Assembly (NCBI GenBank): GCA_951406725.2
Contig: OX597822.1
Span: forward strand, 70,928,001 to 70,992,000
DNA: 64,000 nt
Source: Octopus vulgaris
Lineage: Eukaryota
Direction: 5' to 3'
This document shows positions 63,750-64,000 of this stretch, piece after piece; within the stretch, counting starts at the first letter, position 1; the number at the start of each line of letters is the position of its first letter. The notes below the pieces were generated by a model that worked only from the letters and a program-made list of their open reading frames with translations, had not been told where the DNA came from and did not search any database. Position numbers and translations under genes: made by a program.

Positions 63750-64000
63750 AAATGTTGTCAATTTTTTTTATTAATAATAAGAATGTATTATTTTATTATT
63801 TTTCTTCTTTCTTTCTTCTCCGCATTCTCTCTTTTTCACTTCTTTTTCTGTTTCGTTATTCCTCTCTTCCTATTTTCGATTTGACCCTACTAATACACTC
63901 CCTATTTTTCGGTCACTTTAATAAAACCCTTGATTCAAGAATACTGTGTATGAACTCCATACTTGGAATGACCAATTTTAAATACTATTGGATTTTACTC

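Overview
AT-rich eukaryotic DNA, dense in microsatellites and made almost entirely of transposable-element remains. The SINE repertoire and (TA)n/(CA)n load look like a cephalopod, most likely Octopus (inferred from recall, no search run). I find no intact protein-coding gene, rRNA, true tRNA gene or CRISPR array. Nearly all listed ORFs come from microsatellites or TE fragments. Recognisable content: four tRNA-derived SINE families (labelled A-D here); many 5'-truncated RTE LINEs whose 3' UTR carries a variable ~61-bp tandem repeat; R4-, CR1- and RLE-type LINE fragments; two decayed mariners; two Penelope-like GIY-YIG fragments; an internally deleted Ty3/Gypsy element; non-autonomous Helitrons; piggyBac-like and other MITEs; and a probably pseudogenised PKD-repeat (polycystin-1-like) exon on the minus strand. 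The most interesting signal is about ten minimal Penelope-type hammerhead ribozyme motifs from several unrelated repeat families. One element (39515-39954) joins a tRNA-derived Pol III head to a hammerhead-bearing tail, with an inverted copy of that tail and a 16-bp flanking direct repeat. It looks like a SINE mobilised by Penelope-like elements. Coordinates of degenerate repeats are approximate.
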